64,000 nucleotides of DNA, taken from Candidatus Undinarchaeota archaeon (GTDB lineage: Archaea > SpSt-1190 > JASMDC01). Below are positions 25,953 to 35,842 of the stretch, piece by piece (within the stretch, counting starts at the first letter, position 1; each line of letters begins with the position of its first letter). The stretch spans positions 378,132 through 442,131 of the forward strand of contig CAZFHY010000001.1 in NCBI GenBank assembly GCA_964519305.1, given 5' to 3'. The notes beneath the pieces were generated by a model, which was not told the origin of the DNA, searched no databases, and saw only the letters and a program-made list of their open reading frames with translations. The position numbers and the translations under genes are program-made.

Positions 25953-27557
25953 CTACTTGTTCACGGTCATCATCGCGCTCAACACCAGCCCGGCCAGTAG
26001 CCCGAACACAGCTCCCAGCACAGCAGTGGGGCCGCAGGAGGACGGTGTGGACGTGTCAGATCCGGCGGGCGGGCAGGAGGGGCATGCCGTGGCCTGCGGA
26101 CCGCAGCTCGGTACGGGAGGGCAGGGCGTGGTCTCGGCAGGCACGGTTACGGTAACGGTGACGTTCTTCTCCACTACCTTCTCCACGACCTCGGGGGTCA
26201 CCTCGGGGCAAATCTCCTCGGGGCACGGTGTGCATTGGGGCACGACCGAGGGACCAGGGGTGGCCGTCGGTCCAGTGGTGGCCGACTCTATGCAGTAGGA
26301 CCGCTCCGTGTCGCACGTGTTATACGGCGGGCAGTGAGCGTCCTTGGTGCAGCACACCTGGTCCTCCAGACAGCATACCTGGCTCCTGCAGTTGCCGGAA
26401 AGACAGTCGGCGTTGTTCATGCAGGCGTCGCCTGCGTCCTTTCGGGGTATGGCCACGGACGTGAGGTCGTCAAGACCCCACTGGGAAGTGTGGAGGTCCT
26501 TCTCCAACAAGGCCGAGGCGAGGCCGATCATGAGCTGGGCCTGCTCGATGGCCGTGTCGCACTCCCAAGCATTACCGTCCTCGTAGGAGCCACATGGCTG
26601 GTCTACGTCGGCGAGCTTGTCCATGTAGCCCTTGTATGTCGTGTCGTTGGTTGCCTCGTACAGAGCGGCGTAGGATACGATGAACCAGCCCTGGGTGGCC
26701 GGGTAGTCGCAGTCCCAGTCGTCCGTCCCGGGGCCGCACAGCGAGCTACCCTCGTTCCCGGACGAGACAGCGCGCTCGAGGTATTGGTCCTCACCGGTGA
26801 ACCGGTAGTACACGAGATTGTCCGCGAGGAGCTTACCGAGCCCCTCCTGCTCGCGCACCACGTCGAAGAAAAGGTCCTTGTACCGGTCGTCCCGTGAGAG
26901 GTGGTAGGCACGGATGAGGCCTGTCGTGCAGGGGTGGAGCGAGCCCTGGAACTGCACACCGTTGCAGTTATCGGCCAGCTTCTTCACAGCGTCCAGGTGG
27001 TCCTCCTCGCCGGAGTCCTCGTAGAGGCGTGCGTACGCGAGGATCATGAGGTTCTGTGAGCTGACGTCACCACACTCCCAGTCCGAGCTGCCGATGTCGA
27101 AGCTCGCGTCGGGACCGCACTCGGGCGTGGCAGTGTTCGCCAGCAGTAGGGCCCGGGAGTAGTACAGCGGCTCACCCGTGTACTCGAAGGCTGACAGCAG
27201 AGCGAGGATGAGCGTCGCTTGGTCCTTTGCCGTGCCGCAGTCGTAATCGCCCGCGTTGTCGCAGGCGCACGCGGCGCACCCGGCAGCGCCGGATATCTGG
27301 GCGTTGGCAAGGTTCTTGGCGCGGTTCTTGTACATGATCTCGCCAGTGGCCTTGTACATGGCAGCGTAGGCCATGATCATCTTACCCTGGGCCTCGGCGG
27401 TGGTGCAATCCCAGTCAGTCTCAGGACCGCACTCCTTGGAACCATTGATGGTCAGATTGGTCAGGAACTCGGTGGTGTCCAGAGATACCGCCGGGAGCAT
27501 CGTGGCGAACACCACGAGGAACATGAATAGCGATAGCCGTATGCGGGAGGGGGCCAT
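25953..27557 (-). CDS. Cell-surface protein with Cys-stapled alpha/alpha hairpin repeats, Cys/Pro-rich linker and C-terminal TM anchor
   Basis: Signal peptide; repeated CG....W(D/E)C.....Q..(M/L/F)I..Y...Y..T units; C-terminal TM; leaderless start 30 nt after TTAATAAA. Confidence 0.75.
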   Translation of the reverse strand: MAPSRIRLSLFMFLVVFATMLPAVSLDTTEFLTNLTINGSKECGPETDWDCTTAEAQGKMIMAYAAMYKATGEIMYKNRAKNLANAQISGAAGCAACACDNAGDYDCGTAKDQATLILALLSAFEYTGEPLYYSRALLLANTATPECGPDASFDIGSSDWECGDVSSQNLMILAYARLYEDSGEEDHLDAVKKLADNCNGVQFQGSLHPCTTGLIRAYHLSRDDRYKDLFFDVVREQEGLGKLLADNLVYYRFTGEDQYLERAVSSGNEGSSLCGPGTDDWDCDYPATQGWFIVSYAALYEATNDTTYKGYMDKLADVDQPCGSYEDGNAWECDTAIEQAQLMIGLASALLEKDLHTSQWGLDDLTSVAIPRKDAGDACMNNADCLSGNCRSQVCCLEDQVCCTKDAHCPPYNTCDTERSYCIESATTGPTATPGPSVVPQCTPCPEEICPEVTPEVVEKVVEKNVTVTVTVPAETTPCPPVPSCGPQATACPSCPPAGSDTSTPSSCGPTAVLGAVFGLLAGLVLSAMMTVNK

Positions 27558-27631
27558 GGGACGCGAGGACCCGCCATCATTTATTAAGATAGTCGTGGGC
27601 CGGCGGACGCTCTCACACGCCCGGACCAGGT

Positions 27632-27745
27632 GAAACCGTACTAGCGAGTCCGATGGTTCCACCGATAAGGCCCATGGTTTCACGAAATCACACCATGGTT
27701 TCGGCTTTCCGTACAACGGTTTCAGCAACTTGGTTATATGGTTTC
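27632..27745 (+). repeat. Helically phased ATGGTTTC-like repeat array (operator candidate)
   Basis: Copies start at 27653, 27674, 27695, 27716 and 27738; inverted GAAACCGT at 27632. Confidence 0.7.
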
Positions 27746-27798
27746 AACCTACGGTCCTTATGGTCGTCCCCCCGGGGGTCGACCAGGATGTGATACCG

Positions 27799-28311
27799 AT
27801 GAAGACGACAACTATCATGGTGCTCGCGGCCCTCGTCGCGACAGGGCTGCTCCTGTCCGCGGGTGTTGTGGGCGCAACGGACGTACCATCCCCCGGCTAC
27901 GGCCCTTTTCATAGTGATGAGCGACACGAGCTGATGGAGAAGGCGTTCGAAGAGAACGACTATGAAGAATGGAAGGCCCTCATGACCGAGAACGGACGCC
28001 GCCCCCGGGTGGTGGACGTGGTCACCGAGGAGAGCTTCCAGAAGTTCGCCGAGGCCCATGAGGCCATGGAGTCCGGCGACCTCGACCTTGCCGCTACCAT
28101 CCGCGCCGAGCTCGGGCTCGGCCAGGGACGCGGTCGGGGCGGGCCCGGTCGGGGTGTCGGGATGCGCGGCGCCGGTTTCGTGGACGCGGACGGCGACGGC
28201 CAGTGCGATAATCTCGCTGCAGGTGGTTGCGGTGGCTGCGGACGAGGCCGTGGCGGCGGTCAGGGACGCGGGATGGGCCGCGGGTGGCGCTTCCAACAGG
28301 AGGTACAATAG
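27799..28311 (+). CDS. Secreted protein with helical domain, DxDxDG EF-hand-like loop and Gly/Arg-rich tail
   Basis: Signal peptide MKTTTIMVLAAL; NDYEEWK..VTEE.F.KF.EAH..IRAELG; FVDADGDGQCD. Confidence 0.75.
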   Translation: MKTTTIMVLAALVATGLLLSAGVVGATDVPSPGYGPFHSDERHELMEKAFEENDYEEWKALMTENGRRPRVVDVVTEESFQKFAEAHEAMESGDLDLAATIRAELGLGQGRGRGGPGRGVGMRGAGFVDADGDGQCDNLAAGGCGGCGRGRGGGQGRGMGRGWRFQQEVQ

Positions 28312-28328
28312 TAATGTCCATCGTCCGG

Positions 28329-28361
28329 GGAGGCGGGGGCCCGAGAGGACCCCCGCCCTCC
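28329..28361 (+). terminator. GC-rich intergenic hairpin
   Basis: GGAGGCGGGGG...CCCCCGCCCTCC. Confidence 0.45.
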
Positions 28362-28389
28362 AGAGGACGGAAGTAACGATGTGATCATC

Positions 28390-28599
28390 ATGTATTTCGG
28401 CTATGGTTACGGTATGTACGTGATGGGATTCAACGTCCTTTTCTTCGTCGTGACGCTAGGTCTCATCATATGGGTGTTCCGGGACCACGAGCGGACGCGA
28501 TCGGTGTCCTCGTCCCCCGAGGACATCCTGAAGCGACGTCTCGCCTGGGGCGAGATCGACGAGGAGGAGTACAAGAGGTTGCTCAAGGTCATCAGGTGA
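28390..28599 (+). CDS. SHOCT-domain membrane protein
   Basis: TM helix followed by ILKRRLA.GEIDEEEY. Confidence 0.85.
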   Translation: MYFGYGYGMYVMGFNVLFFVVTLGLIIWVFRDHERTRSVSSSPEDILKRRLAWGEIDEEEYKRLLKVIR

Positions 28600-28644
28600 A
28601 CTGCGACCTGATCATACTATACGAGAGACTATGGACGTGATACG

Positions 28645-29853
28645 ATGGACAAGGACAAGCGAGAGGATAACGAAGAGAAACAAGTGAAAAGAAAGGGATC
28701 AGGCATCCCGCTCAGGACCATCATACAGCTTCTAGCGCTGGTGCTCGTCACCTACCTCGCCTGGCAGCACCAGGCACTGGGCATCGAGAAGGCAGCGCCG
28801 ATCGACGGTTATTGCCCCTTCGGTGGTGTAGAGAACTTCCTGACGCTGCTCGCCACCGGCGAGTTCATCAAGCGCATCTACTGGGCGTCCATCTCCCTGA
28901 TGGTCATCACGGCCATCATGATTGTGGTGTTCGGGCGCGCGTTCTGTGGCTATATCTGCCCCCTGGGGACGCTGCAGGAATGGATACGCGCCCTAGGTCG
29001 CAGGCTGGGGATAAAGAAGGACTACGAGCTTCCCGTCGAGGTCGACCGTTACGCACGCAACGTCAAGTACGTCATACTGGTCGTAGTGCTCTACCTGACC
29101 TTCACCACGGGCGAACTGGTGTTCCGCGATTATGACCCGTACGTGTCGCTGATGCACTTCGGCGAGGAGTTCGAGGAGAAGATCCTGGGCTACTCCGTGC
29201 TCGGCCTGGTGCTGGTCGCCGCGCTGTTCGTCAAGAACGCATGGTGCCGGTATCTCTGCCCACTGGGCGCGTTCTACGCGGTGCTCAGTAAGCTGAAGGT
29301 GTTTAGTATCGAGCGCGACGCGGACACGTGCACCGACTGTGGGGCGTGCGACAAGGCCTGTATCGCTGGCCTCGATGTACAGCACAGCGACAGTGTCACT
29401 GACGTGGACTGCACCAGCTGCATGAAGTGCGTGGAGAGCTGCCCGGTCAAGGCACTGAGACCCGAGGTTAACCATAAGGAGGTCACCTCGACCACCACGT
29501 TCGCTGCGGCCGTAGGCGGTAGTTTCGCCGTGCTCGTCCTCATCGCCATGGTGACGGGCTCGTTCCAGGCCATGCCTGCGTCGAACATAATGGCGGAGGG
29601 TGGTTCCATCGATGTGGCCAACATCCGCGGGAGCAACACGCTGGAGTACGTGATCGCGACGACCGGTGTCCCGCTAGAGGTGTTCATGCGCGATCTCAAG
29701 CTCCCCCTGGACGTCGATACGAGCATGAAGCTGAAGTCCATAGGCCCGACCTACGACCTCAAGGACGCTCAGGGCAACGTCATCGCGACATACCACTTCC
29801 GCGAGGTCATCGCAAGGGAGCTGGGCATCGAGTACACGAGCGAGGGGCATTAG
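28645..29853 (+). CDS. Membrane 4Fe-4S binding protein (NapH/NosR-like polyferredoxin)
   Basis: CPFG, GR.FCG.ICP.G, WCRYLCP and two CxxCxxCxxxC motifs. Confidence 0.88.
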   Translation: MDKDKREDNEEKQVKRKGSGIPLRTIIQLLALVLVTYLAWQHQALGIEKAAPIDGYCPFGGVENFLTLLATGEFIKRIYWASISLMVITAIMIVVFGRAFCGYICPLGTLQEWIRALGRRLGIKKDYELPVEVDRYARNVKYVILVVVLYLTFTTGELVFRDYDPYVSLMHFGEEFEEKILGYSVLGLVLVAALFVKNAWCRYLCPLGAFYAVLSKLKVFSIERDADTCTDCGACDKACIAGLDVQHSDSVTDVDCTSCMKCVESCPVKALRPEVNHKEVTSTTTFAAAVGGSFAVLVLIAMVTGSFQAMPASNIMAEGGSIDVANIRGSNTLEYVIATTGVPLEVFMRDLKLPLDVDTSMKLKSIGPTYDLKDAQGNVIATYHFREVIARELGIEYTSEGH

Positions 29854-29925
29854 CCCCAGGAACGGCCGGACCGGTCCGTCGGTCCGGTCCCAACCCTTAA
29901 AACATCTACCCGCGTACAGCGGTCC

Positions 29926-31965
29926 ATGCTCCCGATAAAGAAGGTCGTCCTGTACAAGCACGGCGTGGGCTACTTCGAGCGTGCCGGTAAGGTCAAGGGC
30001 TCGCAGCAGCTCTCGTTCACGTTCCGCCAGTCAGAGATCAACGACGTTCTCAAGTCGTTCACCTTCATGGACGCCGGGAAGGGTGCCGTAACCAGCATCT
30101 CCTACGACGCCTTCAAGCCCGTGGCCAAGGCACTGGAGGACGTCTCGTTCCGACTCGACGGCGACGAGAACCTCACCGAACTGGTGGGCCAGCTCAAGGG
30201 CGCAGAGGTGGAGGTGTCCACCGGTGGCAAGACCATCAAGGCCACCGTGACAGGGATCCAGACACGCACCATCGTGGAGAACGACAGGGAGCACGAGCAG
30301 CGCCAGCTGGTGCTGCTGGACGACGCGGGCAAGGTCAGGACCATCCCTTTGGAAGAAATCGCCTGGTTGCGGCCTACCGACGAGACGCTGGCCCGGGAGC
30401 TTCGGTTCTATCTGGATACGGTGTTCGCCGCCACCCGACGCGACAAGAAGACCGTCACGGTGTACACCAAGGGCAAGGACTCGCGTGACGTGGCCTGCGC
30501 CTACGTCGTGGAGTGCCCGGTATGGAAGACATCTTACCGGCTCCTGGTGGATGACAAAGGAAAGCTCACACTGCAGGGCTGGGCCATCGTGGACAACGTC
30601 ATGGACGACGACTGGAAGGACGTGGAGCTGTCGCTGGTCGCCGGCCTGCCGGTGTCCTTCCGCAACGACCTCTACTCGCCCCGGTACGCCTTCCGCCCCG
30701 AGATCGCCGTGAAGCTTGACATGGGCGTTCGGCCGGTGGACATCGAGGACGCCATGGAGGACGACGAGGAGTACGAGGAAGCGGGGGTGCCCTCCGAGAT
30801 CATGATGGAGAAGTGCGCGGACATGGAGATGCCCATGGCCAAGAAGGCATTGGCGTCCACCATGATGATGCGCTCACGAGCGCCTCCGGCACCATCCCGG
30901 GCCGCGATGGCCAAGGAGAGCTTCAAGGCCTCGGCCGTGGGTCGCGACATGGGCGAGGTGTTCGCCTACGACGTGGCCGAGCCGGTGACGGTGCTGCGCA
31001 ACCAGTCGGCCCTGGTCCCCATCCTCCAGCAGGGAGTGTCCGGAAAGAAGATCCTGGTCTACAATGAGACAGGGCGCGCAGACAATCCCATGGCATGCCT
31101 CAAGGTTACCAACGACACCGGGCTAGCCCTCGAGGAGGGGCCGGCCACGGTGCTCGACCAGGGTACCTACGTGGGCGAGACCATGCTCCCGTTCCTCAAG
31201 AAGGACGGCGACCGCACCCTGTCCTACGCCGTCGAGCTGCGGGTGAAGGTCACTAAAGAAGAACGGCACGTCGGCGAGTCCATCCAGGAGGTCCATGTAG
31301 AGAACGGAGCGCTCGTAGGCCTCAGCTACCGGAAGAAGGAGACCATCTACTACGTCAAGGGCGCGGTGGACAAGGAGGTCCCGCTGTTCATCGAGCACCC
31401 CAAGGAGACCGGCTACGATGTCATCAGCGAGGTGCAGCCTACCGAGGAGACCGAAAACTTCCGCAGGTTCAAGCTCCCCGTCAAGCCCAAGACCAAGGCC
31501 ATCAAGCTCATCATCCTGGAACGCAAGCTCGAGCGGACCCGCATCTACGTGCGCAACATGTCCACGAAGGACGTGAAGTGGTACTACGATAACAGTCTCA
31601 TCACCCAGACCGTGGCCGACGAAATCAGGGCCATCCTCGAGCTCTACCGGGACATCGCAAGGCTCGACGAGGAGCGGAAGAAGCTCGACGTGGAGCGAAA
31701 GCGGATCTTCGATCACCAGACACGTTACAAGGAGAACCTCACCTCCCTGGGCACGTCGTCCGGAGAGAACGAAGTGCGACAGATGTACGTGAGCAAGCTC
31801 AAGGTCCAGGAGACGCGTATCGAGGAGATCGAGGCGCGGTTCGAGGCGCTGGAGAAGGATAAACAGAAGATACAAGCCACCATCAACGAGCGGAGCGCGG
31901 GACTGGTCCCCCTGTCACGGAAGGACGCGGGCGCGCTGGCAAAGCTCAGGCGTCTTGTTGCGTAG
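29926..31965 (+). CDS. DUF4139-domain protein
   Basis: LPI..V.LYK.GVGYF, WK.SYRL, QGWAIVDN...DW..V.LSLV.G motifs; C-terminal coiled coil. Confidence 0.8.
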   Translation: MLPIKKVVLYKHGVGYFERAGKVKGSQQLSFTFRQSEINDVLKSFTFMDAGKGAVTSISYDAFKPVAKALEDVSFRLDGDENLTELVGQLKGAEVEVSTGGKTIKATVTGIQTRTIVENDREHEQRQLVLLDDAGKVRTIPLEEIAWLRPTDETLARELRFYLDTVFAATRRDKKTVTVYTKGKDSRDVACAYVVECPVWKTSYRLLVDDKGKLTLQGWAIVDNVMDDDWKDVELSLVAGLPVSFRNDLYSPRYAFRPEIAVKLDMGVRPVDIEDAMEDDEEYEEAGVPSEIMMEKCADMEMPMAKKALASTMMMRSRAPPAPSRAAMAKESFKASAVGRDMGEVFAYDVAEPVTVLRNQSALVPILQQGVSGKKILVYNETGRADNPMACLKVTNDTGLALEEGPATVLDQGTYVGETMLPFLKKDGDRTLSYAVELRVKVTKEERHVGESIQEVHVENGALVGLSYRKKETIYYVKGAVDKEVPLFIEHPKETGYDVISEVQPTEETENFRRFKLPVKPKTKAIKLIILERKLERTRIYVRNMSTKDVKWYYDNSLITQTVADEIRAILELYRDIARLDEERKKLDVERKRIFDHQTRYKENLTSLGTSSGENEVRQMYVSKLKVQETRIEEIEARFEALEKDKQKIQATINERSAGLVPLSRKDAGALAKLRRLVA

Positions 31966-33190
31966 GCGGGACGGGCCCAGATCCGCTCGCGGCGGACCGC
32001 TGGTCTCGCACGTGCTGGAGGAACGTCCCGGCCTGCTCATTGCCCGGCTCCAGCTCGACCACTAGGGCGAACTCACGCTCCGCCTCATCGAGACGGTCGA
32101 GCATCCAGTAGCAGCTGGCCAGCTTGAACGCGACGAGCGGATCCCGCGTATGATGCTCCTTCATCCGCTCGAGCACTGTCAGCGCCTCGGGGACCTTGTC
32201 GAGGAGCATGTTCGATGACGCGACTGTCTCGGCGGCGGCATACCAGTCCCTGTCGTCGGGATCTAGCCCGAGCGCTGGTGTCGTGAACCTGATAGACTCC
32301 TCGTAGCGCTGGGTGTGTCTGTACAGCTGACCGAGGAGCACCTTCGCACGGAGGTTGTCCGGGTCCAGCTTAACGGCCCGCAGGAGCGCCAGCTCAGCAC
32401 GCTCGACGACCTCCTTGGCCTCTGGCGCCTCGTCAGCGCTGCGTATCTTCTCCGGATGGGCATGCACTAGGGCCCAGCCCAGGTTGTATTGGAGATCGGC
32501 GTTCTCCGGCTCCGCCTCGCTCTTCTTCGTCCAATGGGCTACCTCGGCATCCCAGTCCTCGATGTCCTCGGCCCGCGGGTCCTCACGGGCTGCGGCCCGC
32601 TCGGCCGCCAACCGCTCCTGCTCGATCTGCTCGCGCACCTGCCCAAGGAAGGTATGCCCCTCCTCGCTCTCGGGATCGCACTGCACCAGTGTGACGAACA
32701 CACGCTCAGCGTCGTGGATGCGACCGATGTGCCAGTAGCAGCTGCCAAGCTTGAGCAGCACCATGGGATGCTCGGAGTAGTGCTTTTCCATCCTCTCCAG
32801 CACCATGATGGCCCCATCTATGTCGTTGAGCAGCATGAACGAGGACGCGACTGTCTCGGCGGCGTTGAACCAGTCCTGGGTGTCGGGGGATAGTGTCATG
32901 CCACGACGGGCGAAGGTGATGGCCTCGCCATATCGCTTGACGTGCCGGTAGAGCTGACCGAGGAGGATAGTGGCCCTGTGGTGGTCAGGATCGAGCTCGA
33001 GCACTCGCTTGAGCGTATGCTCCGCCTCGTCCACCGCCCCGCGCGAAGCATCGTCGAGCTCGTAGTTCAGGAGCGCGCCCTCGTGGGCGTTGACCAGCGC
33101 CCAAGCGAGGTTGTAGACAATATGTGGATCGTCCGGGGCGGCCTGTGCGGCCTTGCGCCATGAAGCGATCTCAGTGTCCCAGTCGGTCAT
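31946..33190 (-). CDS. TPR-repeat protein made of two duplicated halves
   Basis: DWD.E...W, YNL.WALV.AH, LLGQLYRH, AAETVASS.MLL and KL.SCYW each occur twice. Confidence 0.85.
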   Translation of the reverse strand: MTDWDTEIASWRKAAQAAPDDPHIVYNLAWALVNAHEGALLNYELDDASRGAVDEAEHTLKRVLELDPDHHRATILLGQLYRHVKRYGEAITFARRGMTLSPDTQDWFNAAETVASSFMLLNDIDGAIMVLERMEKHYSEHPMVLLKLGSCYWHIGRIHDAERVFVTLVQCDPESEEGHTFLGQVREQIEQERLAAERAAAREDPRAEDIEDWDAEVAHWTKKSEAEPENADLQYNLGWALVHAHPEKIRSADEAPEAKEVVERAELALLRAVKLDPDNLRAKVLLGQLYRHTQRYEESIRFTTPALGLDPDDRDWYAAAETVASSNMLLDKVPEALTVLERMKEHHTRDPLVAFKLASCYWMLDRLDEAEREFALVVELEPGNEQAGTFLQHVRDQRSAASGSGPVPPTQQDA

Positions 33191-33258
33191 AGGGCCTCCC
33201 GTGGTCGAGAAGTCGGGCAAGCATTATATGCATATGGGGGGCGGGCGCGCCAACCCGC

Positions 33259-33468
33259 TCATCCCTCCAGTTCGCCCTCTTCGAACAGGAACAGCTCCTC
33301 CACGCCGATCTCGAGCGCCCGGGCGACCTTCATGGCCAGCACCAGTGACGGATTGTACTTCCCCTTCTCTAGGAACACGATCGTTTCACGTCGAACGCCC
33401 ACTTTCTTGGCAAGGTCCTCCTGAGTTAGGTCGTGTCGGGCGCGCAGCTCCTTGATCCGGGTCCTCAT
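33259..33468 (-). CDS. XRE/Cro family HTH transcriptional regulator
   Basis: [32 protein letters not shown]. Confidence 0.92.
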   Translation of the reverse strand: MRTRIKELRARHDLTQEDLAKKVGVRRETIVFLEKGKYNPSLVLAMKVARALEIGVEELFLFEEGELEG

Positions 33469-33911
33469 TCGACCTCCCCCGTACGGTTGTGATACCAGTA
33501 CCAGAACGCGAATAGGGCCGCCAAACAGATGACTGCGATCCCCAGCGCCTGCGAGGCGTCCCTGAACGCGGCAGTACCGGTTGAGTCCAGCACATAATCG
33601 TCGTACCAGCTCATGGCGAGCATCAGGTAGATCCCCGAGTAGAACGTCCACGCTCCCGCCTTGTCCTTCACGCGCTGCGAGCGCTCGTCATCGAGAGGGA
33701 TGCCGTTCTGGACGTTCCCCCATTCACCTTTGAGGAACATCGCGCCGAGCGCGGCGATGGACAGAGCGATGATTCCAGGGATGAGGGCACCCTGGGAGTT
33801 CCCGTTCTTCACCATGGTGGCCGCGAAGATTATCCATGTCATCACGACGAGCGCCACTACGGTAGCTATCCCGTAGAACCTCATCCGGTCCTTTCCATTT
33901 TCCTTCGTCAT
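33465..33911 (-). CDS. DUF2178-like membrane protein
   Basis: TM helices with DER....KA motif; adjacent to XRE regulator. Confidence 0.75.
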   Translation of the reverse strand: MTKENGKDRMRFYGIATVVALVVMTWIIFAATMVKNGNSQGALIPGIIALSIAALGAMFLKGEWGNVQNGIPLDDERSQRVKDKAGAWTFYSGIYLMLAMSWYDDYVLDSTGTAAFRDASQALGIAVICLAALFAFWYWYHNRTGEVE

Positions 33912-34273
33912 TCGTCAGACCCCCTTGTAGACACTTCATCTGTTCCGTCCTCTCCACCCGCCTTGTCATAGTAGAACAAGGAGATAAGACACACAAGCAG
34001 CGAGCCCCCGAGCAGCACCACGAACGCTGGAGCGAACAGTGCCTCGCTACCTGTCAGGTAGATGTACATAAGGGCAGCCACTCCAGCAAGGACCGTGAAC
34101 ATGAAGGAGTTGGTGGTAGCCCTGCCAAGGTTCTGGTCCAGCCGCTCGTCACTCACGTTATAGAGAGCGAAGTAGGGGATGAACGCAAGGAACCACAGGA
34201 AAGCGGTCTTTCCTTCGACGAAGTACAGCACGCTCACCAGCGAAAGGAATCCCAGATACCAGAGCTTGTTCAT
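33908..34273 (-). CDS. DUF3796-like membrane protein
   Basis: NKL.YLGFL, DER...N...A motifs. Confidence 0.7.
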   Translation of the reverse strand: MNKLWYLGFLSLVSVLYFVEGKTAFLWFLAFIPYFALYNVSDERLDQNLGRATTNSFMFTVLAGVAALMYIYLTGSEALFAPAFVVLLGGSLLVCLISLFYYDKAGGEDGTDEVSTRGSDE

Positions 34274-34719
34274 TCCTCACACCCCCCTGTGAGCCGGTCA
34301 TATTCCGATTCCAGCTCGCCCATCTCGTTCTGATCGTTCACCTGATGATAGATCACGACACACTCGGCGACCAGGAGCATGACGTACGCCGTCGACGCAA
34401 GGGCCTCCAGCGCGGTCAGCTGCATCCTGCCCATCACGTCCAGCCCCATGAGCACCCCCACCAAAAGTAGCGTGGCGACCCACGAGTAGGACAAGGCCAA
34501 GAATCCTATCCTCTCGGTCCGCTCATCCCTCTTCATCTCCCCGTACCTCATGTGCTTGACCACTCCGGCCGCGGCCAGCATCACGAGGACGATCAGCGCC
34601 CGAACGATCCAGGGGTTAAATCCCTGGGTCACCAGCGCAATGGCCAAGAACAGGACCGGGACCGCAACGAGCCCCCTGTAGAAGAGCTCCCATGGTATCG
34701 AGATCACCCTTTCCATCAT
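34270..34719 (-). CDS. DUF2178-like membrane protein
   Basis: DERT.RI...A..YSW motif and TM helices. Confidence 0.7.
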   Translation of the reverse strand: MMERVISIPWELFYRGLVAVPVLFLAIALVTQGFNPWIVRALIVLVMLAAAGVVKHMRYGEMKRDERTERIGFLALSYSWVATLLLVGVLMGLDVMGRMQLTALEALASTAYVMLLVAECVVIYHQVNDQNEMGELESEYDRLTGGCEE

Positions 34720-34750
34720 AAGCTACCTCCGTTAATTATCTCGCACATTT

Positions 34751-34790
34751 TGTTGGCTTTTTCAAACATTATGTTAGAAGTATATAACAT
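34751..34790. promoter_or_regulatory. Two tandem TGTT-N10-AACA palindromes over the predicted TSS (XRE operator candidate)
   Basis: TGTT-GGCTTTTTCA-AACA (34751-34768) and ATGTTA-N8-TAACAT (34771-34790), 21 bp apart; minus-strand TATAAAT at 34798-34804. Confidence 0.65.
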
Positions 34791-34875
34791 TCCTGCTATT
34801 TATAGTTATCGATGGGGTGGAGAAGGACAAATCCGCTCTGAGTGGAGGAAAAAGATTGGAAGAGAGACTTGTTGC

Positions 34876-35205
34876 TTACTCGGCGATGCCGTCGAGCACC
34901 TGCTTAATGCGGGCGCGATATTCCTTGAAGGCCGTGCGACCCTGTGCCGTGAGCTTCGCCATGGTATGCGGCTTGCGGTCCACGAACTCCTTGACTATCT
35001 CGATGTACCCTGCCTTCTCCAGCTTGGTCATGTGGCTGGAGAGGTTCCCCCAGGTGAGCCCGGTCTGGCGCATAAGGAACACGTAGTCGGCGCTCTCCAC
35101 CACGTAGAGAAGGGAGAGGATGAGCAGCCTGGCCGGGGCGTGGATGACCCGGTCGATGTCCATGATAGGGGCCGTCACGCCCTTGTCGGGCTCACTCTGC
35201 GGCAT
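34876..35205 (-). CDS. Winged-helix (HTH_34/MarR-like) transcriptional regulator
   Basis: IH.PARL.IL..L, LT.GNLSSH..KLE.AGYI...KEF..RKP.T. Confidence 0.9.
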   Translation of the reverse strand: MPQSEPDKGVTAPIMDIDRVIHAPARLLILSLLYVVESADYVFLMRQTGLTWGNLSSHMTKLEKAGYIEIVKEFVDRKPHTMAKLTAQGRTAFKEYRARIKQVLDGIAE

Positions 35206-35839
35206 CGACGGCCTCCTCTCCCGGCAGGGCGTCGGTCAGCACAGGATTGTCGCGCACGAAGCGCGCAAGGACGTACTGGCCAATCGCGAGCATCACCGCT
35301 CCGGTCACCATGAATGCGATCGGATCGTTGTTCAGGAGCACGTGGGTGAAGCTCCCGGCCCAGAGCAGGGCATAGAGATAGAGGCGTGCAAGGTCGTGGG
35401 CACGGGCCAAGAGACTGAACGCCACCAGGAGGAGCGCGCCCGGGACATACCGGAGCCAGTGTGCACCAAGCCAAGGCTCAAGCTGCTGCAGGCGCCCGGC
35501 GCCCATGGCCAGGAGCACCCCGAACAGCAGTATCCCCACCGTGACCACGATGGCGAACACCCCCTCGGAACGCTCGATCCGCTCGGAGCGTTCAGGGGCA
35601 TCCTTCACCACCCCGATGCGCGGCTCAGTTATGGTACGCTTGGCCACAGGGAGCCCGAACACAATCCCCATCATCAGGAATATGAGCAGGGGCTCTAGCT
35701 GGGTGGACGCACTCGTGTAAGGCAGGAAACCCCCCGCCACCAAGAGAACGAGGCCGGAGCCGATCTCCAGCAGTCCGTCGGCGAACAATCCTCGATGGAC
35801 GTCCCGCTCCAATGCTGGAAGGTCGATGTCCTCGGCCAT
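35192..35839 (-). CDS. Membrane protein (paralog of next gene)
   Basis: LER......DGL..I..G, IT.PR.G.V, F...NP shared with 35843-36496. Confidence 0.75.
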   Translation of the reverse strand: MAEDIDLPALERDVHRGLFADGLLEIGSGLVLLVAGGFLPYTSASTQLEPLLIFLMMGIVFGLPVAKRTITEPRIGVVKDAPERSERIERSEGVFAIVVTVGILLFGVLLAMGAGRLQQLEPWLGAHWLRYVPGALLLVAFSLLARAHDLARLYLYALLWAGSFTHVLLNNDPIAFMVTGAVMLAIGQYVLARFVRDNPVLTDALPGEEAVDAAE

Positions 35840-35842
35840 GGC

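Noticed and set aside
27558-27798. N-terminal extensions of ORFs 25953-27728 and 27730-28311
   Set aside because: The extensions run through the phased repeat/promoter region; signal peptides begin at the downstream ATGs (27557 and 27799).
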